A stretch of DNA of 64,000 bases from a virus (lineage: Duplodnaviria; Caudoviricetes): positions 2,793 through 66,792 of the IMG/VR virus record IMGVR_UViG_2848576382_000012. One strand, written 5' to 3'. This document shows, one piece after another, positions 39,401 to 48,677 of the stretch. The notes under the pieces are model-generated. The model made no database searches and had not been told where the DNA came from. It worked only from the letters and a program-made list of their open reading frames with translations. Each line of letters starts with the position of its first letter. Positions within the stretch are counted from its first letter, which is position 1. A program made the position numbers and the translations under genes.

Positions 39401-42400
39401 TGCCGCCGGTATGGTAGCTTTGTTGGCCGAACGCAAGGCGAAAGCCGAGGGTATGACTTCGGGTGTACTATATCGTAATCGGGCTATTCTCAATGATATC
39501 TTAGCGGCCTATGAAACAGTGCACCCGAAAGCCTATCAGGCCGGAATGCGTCTGGCAGAAAAGGTGCTTAAGGCCGAAGCATTGGGGAGATCTTTACCGG
39601 CGGGGGAGATTAAAGTCGGGTCATACTTAAGTCAGCCGAATATTGACATGCTGACTCGACTGAAAATGGGCGATATTCTCGGCGCACTGGAAGCAGTCAA
39701 AATCAACGGGCATACCAGCCCGATTGTACAGCAGCTGATGAATATGCTGAAAGCCGCACGCAAAACGTATCCGGTGAATATTGAACTGACAGCAGAACCT
39801 ATTGTTGTCCGTAATGCGGAAGTCAACGCGACCTATGATCCTGTTAATGCAACCATCTACATTCGGGATAAGGTTGCTGACCAACCTTATTATCTGATCC
39901 ACGAAGCGACCCATCATGCACTCTATCAGGTTTTAAATGATGAAAAGCGCATACTCGAACTCAGTGCTGAACAAGTGAAAGCGCGTTCGAACCTCATCAT
40001 GATGTACAGTGAATTTGCGAAGAAACGGAATTTACCCGATGGTTTGCAGTATGCACAAAGATCGATTGATGAGTTTATTTCCGAAGCCTTTTCCAATCCC
40101 CAACTGCAGGCTTATTTGCGAACCAATCCACTTGCCACACACGCCATTCCGAAATTTCGCAAAGCCTTTGGTTCATTGGTTGATGCCGTGCGCCGGTTTT
40201 TAGGTTTAAAACCCAAAGAATTCGATAATCTGTCCGATATTATTGGTCTCACCCGTTTGATTGTTGGGGCCGATATTATGCCTGTATCGGGACAACTTGC
40301 CGGCGAATTTAAGAATTTTGGTATTGCGGGCAATAAGAACTTTAATTCGGGTATTTTGCGGATACCGCTCGAAAATTCGGGAGACTGGCAATACATAGGG
40401 CGTATCGATATGTTACCCAGTGGGCGCTATAAGGTCACAATTGACGGTGAAAATGTGCCGTTTCGTGAGCATATTGTTGATACCGCGAATGAAGCGTCAG
40501 AATGGGCGGCGGATAATTATGGCGCACGCTTAGGCGACATCAGTGAAAACCCCACCGCGCCGCTTGTGGGTGAAATTCGTCAGTCGGATCTCTATGGTCA
40601 AGCGTTTGTGGATATGAGCGATAAGATTCTGGACTCTATCGGCAAACGTAATGAAACGGCGCAAACCATAGCCAAAGAAGTCACTACTCAGCTGTCCAGT
40701 CTGTGGAGTCATTTTTGGGCGACCAACGTAGATGTTTTCAGTCCGACGAAAGCAATAGATAGAATTGCAGATAGACTCGGATACCGGGGAACCGATGGAA
40801 AGCCGCTTAATTTGTATGAAAAACTGACTGAGGGAATGGCCCGTGCGCGTGCGGTGACAGGGCGGCCAGGTGCCGAACTGAATACGATTGAGCAAAGTAT
40901 CATTGAGGGTCTGCGGGCTATTGGTATTCCGTATCATGTTTTCCATGACTATGCTTATGCACAACGGGCCATTGAAATGGATCAGATAAAAAAGGAACTG
41001 GTCTTAATGGGCGTACCTACCCGTATTCATGAAAATCCCACGGCATTTCATTGGACAGATAACAAGGGGAAAACACATTCAGGGCTTGAAGGTGCGTATG
41101 AATTTCTGTCCACGTTGCCCGAAGACAAACAGGCACAAATCGAGTCCATTCTTAAACCCATGCGGGACATTAATCAGATGCTACTGGATGAGGAACGTAA
41201 ATCGGGATTGATTTCGACGGAAAGTTATTACCGTATGAAACAAGCCTATAATTATGTCCCCTTGTTATCTACCGGAGAAAAACGTCCATCAATTCATAAA
41301 GCCTTTCAAGGACGCTATACCAAAGCCGCCGATCCGGTGGCGAATATGCTGCATCAAATGCAAATTCGTTATGCCAACGTTGCCCGCAATAATGCGTTGC
41401 GGGCACTCTACGAAATGGTGAACAGTCTTGGTATGGCCGATCTGTTTAAACTGGAAACCCATAAGCTGGAACGTGATGATGCGGGTAATGTGATTGCGGT
41501 GGCAAACCAGAAATGGAATGATAAAAATGGCGTGTGGGTATTTTTAGGTGACAAGAAAGCCAAAATTGTCGTCGATACCCAAACCCGCTTTGGTAAAGAT
41601 TTGCTGCGGGCAATTCAGAAACCGGAGATGGCACCTTTATTGACAATGCTTCGTACCACAACAGGTTACATAGCATCGAATATGACAACCTACAGTCCGT
41701 CGTTTTTATTAAAAACACCAGTATGGAACACGGTGCTAACGTTGCTGAATTTCTCCGGGGCCTTTGACCGAAATATGTCTGCCAGTGACCATTATACTCT
41801 CGCAACAAAATCACTTGTCGATGTTGTTCGGTTATTACCTGAAATTATGCGGGATCGCGTCACCATGAAAACCGATAACCCAATGCGAAAGCTCTTTGCA
41901 AAGGTCGGTGCTGGCAATAATGCAGGAGCTTATTATGGTTTGGATGCAGTTAGCCGACGTCTCAATGCGGAGACGGCAACTAACCCCATAGATATTCTCC
42001 AACAACAAGGCATTCCGGGATTAGGAAGTGCAGCCGTAAATATGCACTATCGTTTTATTCGTGCTGTTCATGCCAGTGATGAAGTCTTTCGTTATTCTGC
42101 GTTTTTAAATTTTCTGGAATATAAGTCTGGTCGTGATCTTCGGAACATGACACAGAAAGAACTGGATGAGTGGGCTGCAAATAATCAGGACTTGATTACA
42201 CAAGCGGCCAAAGGTTCCCGTGATCTGGCGGGTAACTTTACCCGACACGGTTCAGGTAAAATCTTACCCGCATTTTTTGCTTTCTGGAATGCAGGAATGC
42301 AATCGTTGCCGTTAATATCCAGTATTATGTCTACACAAGTGGGTCGCTTCGGTCTCATGGGATTAGGCATTCTGGCTGCCGCTGCAACACAATCGGCGCT

Positions 42401-43367
42401 TGATGATCCCGATGATGAAGATACGGATGGCGGCTCAAAGTTCGCCCGTAGTCAGTCGCGCAAGAAGTCTATCTGTTTCGGGGATATCTGTGGTGAAATG
42501 CCTTATGAAGTACGTCCTTTTATGCTTTCGATACAGAACCTCGTTTTATTAGGACACGGAAAAATAGACATGGGAGAAGCCGTAGGGTCACTCCTTCGTT
42601 CTGCAGCAGAAACCTTTGTGCCCGTTCAGCCTGCCGGTGATGCAGATAGTTACACTGTCACGCGAATGATGCTACCGACAGCCGCCCAGCCGCTTATCAC
42701 GATAGGAATGGGTGTGAACGAGTTCGGGCAAGAAGTCGATAATAAGTATCCGGTAGACTGGAGCGGCAAACAGATCACGACTCCGGCAAACGTTGAACGT
42801 GGCAAGACGACCACACCTGAGTTTCTTAAAGACATGACTCGTTTCTTCTATGAAAAATCGAATGGTATGGTCGATATTTCCCCGGCCAGAACGGATGCGT
42901 TGCTCTCATCATTGTTCGGTGGTGTCTATAACATGGTACGTAATACCACGACGCCCCCCCTTCGGCCTGTTGGGTGGGGGGATAATGCTATCCTGCAGAC
43001 GGCGACGAGTGCTTATCGGTACAAAACGAATAACTATGCTGTCACACAAAAATATCGTGAGTTAATTACTCAGGCTACTGCGGCAGGCCGTCTTAACAAT
43101 CTGAATGATGATGGTTCATATAATGTCCTGATGAAAAACGATCCGGTTGCTAAGATTGAAAACCAGCGGGCAAAGGCAATGCGTAATCTGCGCGTTGAGG
43201 GCCTGACACGATCACAACTGAATGGCGCATTGGACAAAGCCTTTTATGACGGTGATGAAGCGGCGATTGCGCATTATCAGGAATTGATGCGTCAGTATGA
43301 TGACGAGAGCAGTCTTATTTATGGCAAGGCATTGATTGAACTGCAGGATATCGTTAATGAACACTAA
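36450..43367 (+). CDS. Giant internal virion / DNA transfer protein (polyvalent-like, zincin motif, LPD38-like C-terminus)
   Basis: 2305 aa at the end of the structural operon; IHEATHH..DEFISEAFSN; NFTRHG..FFAFWNA..Q; PYE; P.AAQPL; DISPARTD. Confidence 0.75.
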   Translation: MMAINPLKVPLVNGSGNIGLIKRNALAMQSSQTITNPLARQLSEENNALVATLLAQENGLGNTQTSPLPKPDYTNDPNLFPTDNFVNVTGYLRAKKFGDKSQETQREMLDSLYKEVNERFPGRFTEAQLAQPASKINGALFTVNNDKIKNSKLVSGFWQGVGSTIAQAITGTADAGAGLLNALAPSTLSSEIAESVHEFDKDTREKTETPSRRNYVKRRDELLEQGRYAEAVAHMASNPTGLGEDAAILILPSLGGGFLLRAGAKGGAKLLGKEAVEQTLKQRAKMMLRSQVAADALLGAGHTAQNMGEKNDYKLSAEQRAAVFGKGLVDAALSKFGYTYGINPENLLLRFGKAADLKGAKGILKSYFGSAVVDAASNMPSSGLDAALSMGFDKNGQFNVNLVDWEKVTQAMASAGVYAPFTGGIPGALHARQQNANLGRIARDETVFNNATESKAQLAEAWPLADEAGRKDIAQQEQALNGLLEANLQERLAAMDASGSRLFRKAKKEQQAAERASLEERYRHLIDNNPIADKEQYGPTADDDAVILQKEFGNQSLDMHPAYLERYHKIFAIDNDPLRKKPNETAPVMELVPPQLLLEDKGQRTTPLTMAEYDGSFIDWAKNRSPEERANTLYHLEQTDRIKRAAEEALLTRLRTEQDAERIQELDEKLAQIRTERIAANTALQKMLAVMPVDDPALGLTDHLRQEEAQTQAKVLRDIELATLARQKVTAAELAKADSDKLARLAAEQTLLADAIDQQIAVMPETVNTIKAQKRVTQLRTNANEYLAQAYEKATGEKKSPSLELASFLPAYEQRLQEASQEARAAQLQDVRNLRDRQDEVFAHLEAMRTPEDLGPRESQSYNHLRRTEAHLQREEDALINTDELLAQTPKIRLNQRKRQIRRGLAEEQSAAAANNLIRQARRQNPLISSARPDATHTATTALSQRVQLFAETLRKHPDARDPLNVGALVNDRDTRLALPAVNDAAGMVALLAERKAKAEGMTSGVLYRNRAILNDILAAYETVHPKAYQAGMRLAEKVLKAEALGRSLPAGEIKVGSYLSQPNIDMLTRLKMGDILGALEAVKINGHTSPIVQQLMNMLKAARKTYPVNIELTAEPIVVRNAEVNATYDPVNATIYIRDKVADQPYYLIHEATHHALYQVLNDEKRILELSAEQVKARSNLIMMYSEFAKKRNLPDGLQYAQRSIDEFISEAFSNPQLQAYLRTNPLATHAIPKFRKAFGSLVDAVRRFLGLKPKEFDNLSDIIGLTRLIVGADIMPVSGQLAGEFKNFGIAGNKNFNSGILRIPLENSGDWQYIGRIDMLPSGRYKVTIDGENVPFREHIVDTANEASEWAADNYGARLGDISENPTAPLVGEIRQSDLYGQAFVDMSDKILDSIGKRNETAQTIAKEVTTQLSSLWSHFWATNVDVFSPTKAIDRIADRLGYRGTDGKPLNLYEKLTEGMARARAVTGRPGAELNTIEQSIIEGLRAIGIPYHVFHDYAYAQRAIEMDQIKKELVLMGVPTRIHENPTAFHWTDNKGKTHSGLEGAYEFLSTLPEDKQAQIESILKPMRDINQMLLDEERKSGLISTESYYRMKQAYNYVPLLSTGEKRPSIHKAFQGRYTKAADPVANMLHQMQIRYANVARNNALRALYEMVNSLGMADLFKLETHKLERDDAGNVIAVANQKWNDKNGVWVFLGDKKAKIVVDTQTRFGKDLLRAIQKPEMAPLLTMLRTTTGYIASNMTTYSPSFLLKTPVWNTVLTLLNFSGAFDRNMSASDHYTLATKSLVDVVRLLPEIMRDRVTMKTDNPMRKLFAKVGAGNNAGAYYGLDAVSRRLNAETATNPIDILQQQGIPGLGSAAVNMHYRFIRAVHASDEVFRYSAFLNFLEYKSGRDLRNMTQKELDEWAANNQDLITQAAKGSRDLAGNFTRHGSGKILPAFFAFWNAGMQSLPLISSIMSTQVGRFGLMGLGILAAAATQSALDDPDDEDTDGGSKFARSQSRKKSICFGDICGEMPYEVRPFMLSIQNLVLLGHGKIDMGEAVGSLLRSAAETFVPVQPAGDADSYTVTRMMLPTAAQPLITIGMGVNEFGQEVDNKYPVDWSGKQITTPANVERGKTTTPEFLKDMTRFFYEKSNGMVDISPARTDALLSSLFGGVYNMVRNTTTPPLRPVGWGDNAILQTATSAYRYKTNNYAVTQKYRELITQATAAGRLNNLNDDGSYNVLMKNDPVAKIENQRAKAMRNLRVEGLTRSQLNGALDKAFYDGDEAAIAHYQELMRQYDDESSLIYGKALIELQDIVNEH

Positions 43368-43530
43368 AATTCCTTTGCTGAAACGCGTCTTGTGTGGATG
43401 GCATTCACCGCTCGGATATGTGTATTCGTTTTTCGTCGGTTCTGCCTATACCTGTCCGTGTTGTGCCTTTTGGCGAGGTGTCGTGTGGGGCGCGATTATC
43501 CTTGAAGGTCTTCATTATATTGTGAATTGA
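43357..43530 (+). CDS. Small membrane-associated protein with CPCC motif
   Basis: 57 aa from ATG 43357, overlapping the previous stop; hydrophobic C-terminus. Confidence 0.5.
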   Translation: MNTKIPLLKRVLCGWHSPLGYVYSFFVGSAYTCPCCAFWRGVVWGAIILEGLHYIVN

Positions 43531-43805
43531 CATCCCATCATCTTTCAAGACTATTAAAGTGAACTGCGATAACCATTTTCTCTTTAGCCTATAATCGAAC
43601 TGTTAGTCATCAAAAATTACATCTCATTCAGATTAAAAAATAACATAATTAATCCGTCACCTCTTATTTATTTTAATATTGAGTGTTTTCAATTAAACAT
43701 TTAATCTGATAACGTAAAGCTACAAAGAGAGTGAATATTGTTTCTAATATAAATTATAAACATGAGAATAAATTGTTAATTAGGAAGATATGCAAAAGGT
43801 AACGT

Positions 43806-44495
43806 ATGAATAGATCAATAGAAAGTTTAATTATGCCGTTAATTAAATTTTGGGAAAATAGTAATGATGCCTGGGGTGCGAAAGATCACACTTCACGATT
43901 TATCTATGCCAATAAAAGACATAATGACTTACTTTGTCTACCTAAAGGATATAATATAGAAGGTCGTTTTGATGGTGAAATTCCATCATGCACGTCAAAT
44001 TTTCAGGATGAATTTCAAAGACAGGACAGACGAGTTGAAACATTAGCAGATAGAGTGACCTCTATTGAAATTCATTCTTTTAACAACCTTCCCTACCTTC
44101 AGCCGTGGTATTGTGATAAGTATCCATTAATGGATGAAAATGGGGTATGCCGAGGAACCATCTTTCATGGCAGACCTGTAGATACGATAACACTCGAAAG
44201 GCTAGACAAAATAAATGTGCAAACCTCATTAGTTTTTACACCACCCTCAGAATTTTTTAGTAAAAGAGAGTGGGAAATAGTGTTTTATATTCTGCAGGGG
44301 CTTCCGACTAAAGAAATTGCTGAGAGGTTATTTTTATCCCAAAGAACCATCGCCAATCATATTCAAAATATATATCAAAAAACAGGGATAAAATGTAAGA
44401 GAGATTTAGTTGATTATTGTTATGAACATAATATAGCTAACTACATACCCGAAAGTTTTTTCAGAGGGTCAATGTCTTTCACGTTAGAAAAATAG
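43806..44495 (+). CDS. PAS-domain LuxR-family transcriptional regulator (LuxR solo)
   Basis: WGAKD..SRFIYAN PAS domain; FSKREWEIV..G...KEIA..L.LS.RTI.NH..NIY.K HTH. Confidence 0.92.
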   Translation: MNRSIESLIMPLIKFWENSNDAWGAKDHTSRFIYANKRHNDLLCLPKGYNIEGRFDGEIPSCTSNFQDEFQRQDRRVETLADRVTSIEIHSFNNLPYLQPWYCDKYPLMDENGVCRGTIFHGRPVDTITLERLDKINVQTSLVFTPPSEFFSKREWEIVFYILQGLPTKEIAERLFLSQRTIANHIQNIYQKTGIKCKRDLVDYCYEHNIANYIPESFFRGSMSFTLEK

Positions 44496-45189
44496 CCATT
44501 TACATATATCCAAAAAATATATCCGATCATGAAAAGGATAAGACTCAGGGTATAAGAAAAATTAATTTTACATTTTCATGAATGGCAAATTGATATACTG
44601 TATTTTAATAAATACAGAAAATTTCTTCCTGAATAAATCAATTTATTTGGACATCGTGAACTTTATTCTCTAATAATTCACCTGTCCAAACCCCCTATTA
44701 ACTATAAAGTGTTATATATCATTTTTCTCCAATATTGTGGTTACGAGAGTCAACTTTCTTCCCGAAATTGATAAACATAGTATAAGTGTTTTTTATAATC
44801 ACTTTGACTGTAACACAAACTGCATCATCTTTAATGATCTATTTTGTAGAGGATTTTGCAGATGCCCTCATAAATATATTTTTTATACGTAATATGAGTA
44901 ATTTTTACTCTGTAAGACTGAGTAATAATACTTAACATTAACACATATGTAGGAAAACATATTTTTATAATTATCACAATTTTATCTCTTTTATTTTCAA
45001 GTATTACTGTTTTTATTTAGCCAGGGAAAACACATTAAATTAAAATTCCGAAGATAATCAACGGTACTCAACGTTTTTATCCGCTTCGACACGTTCTGTC
45101 TTTGTGGTTCATCGTTTGTTGAGTAGATGTTGTCCTTCTTAATCACGATATGATAAGAAGAAGGGGATTTTGAATGTATTACTTGATGT

Positions 45190-45293
45190 TCAACAGTCTA
45201 TCAAAAAGTGCAAATTATTTTTAATAGCCCATGAAATATGGTCGCAAAAAGACTATGATAAATAATCAAATGTCTTTAGAGCGATGATAAATT
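45190..45293. other. Probable res site upstream of the resolvase
   Basis: Position and imperfect tatc/gata half-sites; subsites not resolved. Confidence 0.35.
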
Positions 45294-45863
45294 ATGGCAA
45301 AGATAGGTTATGCACGGGTCAGCTCAACAGGCCAAAGTTTAGATATTCAACTTGAAAAATTAACTCAGGCTGACTGCAAACGAATTTATCAGGAAAAACG
45401 GAGTGGTCGGACAGCGCACAGACCACAGTTCCAGGCATGTATGAATTATTTACGTGACGGGGATACGTTGGTTGTGACAAAGCTAGACCGTCTCGCCCGT
45501 TCTGTGACGCACTTGTCACAAATTGCTACCCGCTTTCAGGAAGAAGATATTGACCTCGTTGTTCTGGATCAAAATATTGATACCCGAACTTCGTCAGGGC
45601 GTTTGATGTTCAATATGTTGGCGTCTATTGCGGAGTTTGAAAATGACTTACGCAGCGAACGTCAGGCAGAAGGGATTGCCAAAGCGATAGAAAAAGGTGT
45701 TAAATTCGGGCGTCCCGCAAAATTAAATGATACCATGCGAAACGACATTTATATGCGCCGTCAGGCTGGGGCCACAATAGGGACGTTAGCAAAGGATTTT
45801 AAACTCGGTGAAGCAACCATTTATCGGGTCTTGAATGCGTTTAAAAACAGGGATAATGCGTAG
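45294..45863 (+). CDS. Serine recombinase (resolvase)
   Basis: GYARVSS..Q, EKRSG, GDTLVVTKLDRLARS, GVKFGRP, C-terminal HTH. Confidence 0.95.
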   Translation: MAKIGYARVSSTGQSLDIQLEKLTQADCKRIYQEKRSGRTAHRPQFQACMNYLRDGDTLVVTKLDRLARSVTHLSQIATRFQEEDIDLVVLDQNIDTRTSSGRLMFNMLASIAEFENDLRSERQAEGIAKAIEKGVKFGRPAKLNDTMRNDIYMRRQAGATIGTLAKDFKLGEATIYRVLNAFKNRDNA

Positions 45864-45907
45864 ATGTCGCAAAGTTTACAAAATTGGCACCCCCTAATGA
45901 GGATAAA

Positions 45908-45936
45908 TTGATCCTTGAGCGTTAGAGTGCTAAAGT
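45908..45936 (+). promoter_or_regulatory. Putative rep mRNA promoter
   Basis: TTGATC-17-TAAAGT with extended TG. Confidence 0.5.
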
Positions 45937-46033
45937 TAATAGACATTAATGTGTGTTTTTAAATCAGAATTTCTGGTCAGTCACGCCGAAAGGTGACTAA
46001 ATACAATCAGGAAATCCAATTAACTGATTGCTA

Positions 46034-46121
46034 AAAAGCAGAAACCCCATAATCTGAGTCATCTTGGCGGAGGAAGCAGAATTACGGGGTATCATAGAGC
46101 AGAAATCGTTTGTGGTTTCTG
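46034..46121 (-). ncRNA. Antisense copy-control RNA (Inc/RNAI/CopA-like)
   Basis: Minus-strand promoter TTGCAA(46156-46151)-17-TATACT(46133-46128); complementary to stem-loop accccataatctg..TTGGCGG..cagaattacggggt; ends in a U-tract. Confidence 0.85.
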
Positions 46122-46138
46122 TGTAGGAGTATAGAACG

Positions 46139-46195
46139 ATGAGACTTCTATTGCAACTTTTTGATCCCCGCCATAAGTGCAGGGGTTGTGTATAA
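46139..46195 (+). CDS. 18-aa rep leader peptide MRLLLQLFDPRHKCRGCV (RepY/RepB/Tap-like)
   Basis: AGGAG RBS; stop overlaps the repA GTG; contains pseudoknot partner CCGCCA at 46168-46173. Confidence 0.8.
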   Translation: MRLLLQLFDPRHKCRGCV

Positions 46196-47273
46196 AGTTC
46201 AACACACCCTATCAGCTTCTGATTACCCTATTCGTACCCGGCGTGGCGAGTCCAATGCCCTGCGAAAAGGGCAGTCCAAAATCCACCGGCGTAATACACC
46301 GAATCAAAATATTCAGGTTCCGAGGGGAACGCCTGCGCGTCTCGCTCGTACGCTGAAAAGCCACGACTGGTGGCGGGATAGTGACCTAATCACCCTGCGA
46401 CAAAAGGGATACATTCCCTATTCTGAACGAAATAATATCCATTATACCCGTAAGCCGATGCGTGTGCGTGCCCGCACGGAAAGCCGTGAGGCCATGACCT
46501 CGCTCGCACTGGCATTAGTCGCTCATGCCGATTTTTTTCCGGGCCATGATTATCTGTTTGAAGTCATGGTGCCCTTTGAATTTATTGCCAGTACAATGGG
46601 AGTACTGCATCAATATGAGAACGGGCGTAAAGCATATGATATTGCTTTACATGCACTCTCTGTCTTTGAACAAATGAAGCATCTTGTGGTTCATCGGGAT
46701 AAAGATCGTGACGCTGGACAAAATAAACCTGTACGTATCTGGCTGACACCGGATTTTTTCATCTCTAAAGGCATTCCCCGTGAGGAGATACGGCAAAGTC
46801 TGATCGCTTTTCAGAACTGGGCCGTTGACAGTGGTCAGCTTGAAAATCTGAATAAAAAATACCAGCGCCATTTATTACGCATGGAAAGATTGGGAATTGA
46901 TATCAGAAATAAACACGCCTTGTGTAAGCTACTGAAAAACATAAAACGCTCTGTTGTTGCACCTGATTTACTGGAAGAAAAAGCGAAAGCCATCAAACAT
47001 ATTGAAGAGACAATTGACGGTTTGGATAAGCCTAAATCAGAGAATCTGGAAGCGGAACTGAATGGCACTCAGCAGGCGCTCTCACGCTTGCAGAAAAAAA
47101 ATAAAACCTCTCGACCATACTGGGATTTGTATGTTAAGTGGCAATATACAACAACACCAGTGGCGGTTCATATTGCCCTGAACAAGTTAAAGGCACAGCA
47201 TCCGCATTTAGCGGAAAATTCAGACCAGTTTTATCGTCTCTTGCTTGAACAGGAAGGGGTCATACTCACCTAA
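46188..47273 (+). CDS. repA: Plasmid replication initiator RepA (IncFII/IncI/IncL-M superfamily)
   Basis: ESREAM..L..AL..HADF, LFEV, GVLHQYENGRKAYD, KPVRIWLTPDFF; GTG start inferred from leader architecture. Confidence 0.85.
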   Translation: MYKVQHTLSASDYPIRTRRGESNALRKGQSKIHRRNTPNQNIQVPRGTPARLARTLKSHDWWRDSDLITLRQKGYIPYSERNNIHYTRKPMRVRARTESREAMTSLALALVAHADFFPGHDYLFEVMVPFEFIASTMGVLHQYENGRKAYDIALHALSVFEQMKHLVVHRDKDRDAGQNKPVRIWLTPDFFISKGIPREEIRQSLIAFQNWAVDSGQLENLNKKYQRHLLRMERLGIDIRNKHALCKLLKNIKRSVVAPDLLEEKAKAIKHIEETIDGLDKPKSENLEAELNGTQQALSRLQKKNKTSRPYWDLYVKWQYTTTPVAVHIALNKLKAQHPHLAENSDQFYRLLLEQEGVILT

Positions 47274-47300
47274 TCGATGGTTTAATCGTCATATCAAATG

Positions 47301-47324
47301 AAACCGTGCACAGGCGCGGTTTTT
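47301..47324 (+). terminator. Hairpin/terminator after repA
   Basis: aaaccgtgc-N3-gcgcggttttt. Confidence 0.55.
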
Positions 47325-47329
47325 CCGTT

Positions 47330-47830
47330 GATTTTACTCGAAAATGGCTTATTTTTTGTTCAGATGAATCATCAGTGTTTCCAACGATTATGTCATTTTT
47401 TTCTCTTAAAAGAGATCATCTGTCTTAACACTCGCCGATTGGATAATAAATCCTCATTTAATTTCGAACAATGACCCATGAATATAATTAATTTCGAAAG
47501 TTATTTCTGAACAAAAAAGCCTTATAAATAAGGAATCACATTGCGTTGGGCCTCTAAATAAAGGCCACAACGCAAGATGTTAGTCCTTTTCACTACGTTC
47601 AAAGGAAAAACAGTGACAATTGATACAAAAGGAAACAAAAAGAAAAAAGAAGAAAGGACTTCGCTTGCAGCGGCTAACGCCGCGCCACTCAGAAAAAAAA
47701 CCATACAACAACAAGATATTACTACGATATAATCTCAAAACCAACGCGGTCAAGTCATCATCTCAGACGCAACACTATCGAGTACAAGCACGTTCCGTGC
47801 CATAGGTTCGCTTCGCTCACAGCTCTGCAC
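47330..47830. other. Probable cis/origin region of the plasmid replicon
   Basis: Non-coding, strongly A-skewed segment downstream of repA, where ori lies in this replicon family. Confidence 0.45.
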
Positions 47831-47865
47831 GTGAGGGGGATCTCTCCTTATCAGAGGGCTTATGG

Positions 47866-48051
47866 TCAATTTATTCCAAACCACATTCCAATACCTCTAA
47901 TAATCCCAAAAGGAAACATAACTATATCAGAGATCATCAACGTAATTTCTTTATGCAAAGCATCGAATATTATAGCTGTTAACCACCCAATAAAAAAAAT
48001 ACCACCTAAAACGTACCCCAATATTTCTGAAAATTCGTTGTTCATATACAC
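47866..48051 (-). CDS. Small membrane protein
   Basis: AGGAGG RBS; hydrophobic; FPFGIIRGIGMWF. Confidence 0.6.
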   Translation of the reverse strand: MYMNNEFSEILGYVLGGIFFIGWLTAIIFDALHKEITLMISDIVMFPFGIIRGIGMWFGIN

Positions 48052-48081
48052 CTCCTACTTCCATTAAAAAAACAAAGTCTT

Positions 48082-48516
48082 TTAATTACAGTCATATTTG
48101 TTAATGATAAAGGTTGATTGTGTATTTTTTGTTCCATTATAAATGAAAGAAACGATTGGCTGATAAATCGAATTGTTAAACCAGGTTTGCGCACACCAGT
48201 TTGACTTAACCATATGAAGCACATTGGAATGGAGTTCTTTTTCCATTTCTTTTGTAATAGGCACTGACACTGTGTAGGTATAAATGAACCCATTATCATT
48301 GGGTTTTATTTTTTCCATTATCGTATAGTTATCAATCCGTTTAGGAAGGTTCTGATTTAACGCAGCGATAGTCGCTTTTGTTTCTTTAATGACTTCCTGA
48401 ATGAGTTGTTTCTTACTTAACGTTTCTGCATGGGATACACTCATATAAATCATCATACTTGCAAGAATAAGCGCCAGAATAATAAGGGCACTCCCCTTAA
48501 TAAATCTATTTTTCAT
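48082..48516 (-). CDS. Exported protein of unknown function
   Basis: Signal peptide ending SHA; LNQNLPKRID.YT; two Cys. Confidence 0.7.
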   Translation of the reverse strand: MKNRFIKGSALIILALILASMMIYMSVSHAETLSKKQLIQEVIKETKATIAALNQNLPKRIDNYTIMEKIKPNDNGFIYTYTVSVPITKEMEKELHSNVLHMVKSNWCAQTWFNNSIYQPIVSFIYNGTKNTQSTFIINKYDCN

Positions 48517-48677
48517 AGTGTTATCCTTTTTTTACAGGGCATAAGTAAGGCTTCTATGTTAAATAGATAAATATAGTGTATTCAGGGAGTTAATTTGAAA
48601 AGAATTAAAGGTGTTTATTATTTGTTTAATGAAATTAATTCTATTTTATGCCATTTAAATTAATAATTTTGTATTAT

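Noticed and set aside
44650-44875. Possible minus-strand pseudogene fragment between luxR and the resolvase
   Set aside because: Short interrupted frames with no recognisable family
47522-48067. Short ORFs downstream of repA (47522, 47620, 47831)
   Set aside because: They overlap the presumed origin or lie antisense to a better gene; compositionally biased
48534-48564. dif/cer-like site (acagggcataa-N9-ctatgttaaat)
   Set aside because: Spacer is 9 bp rather than 6-8, and both arms deviate from consensus
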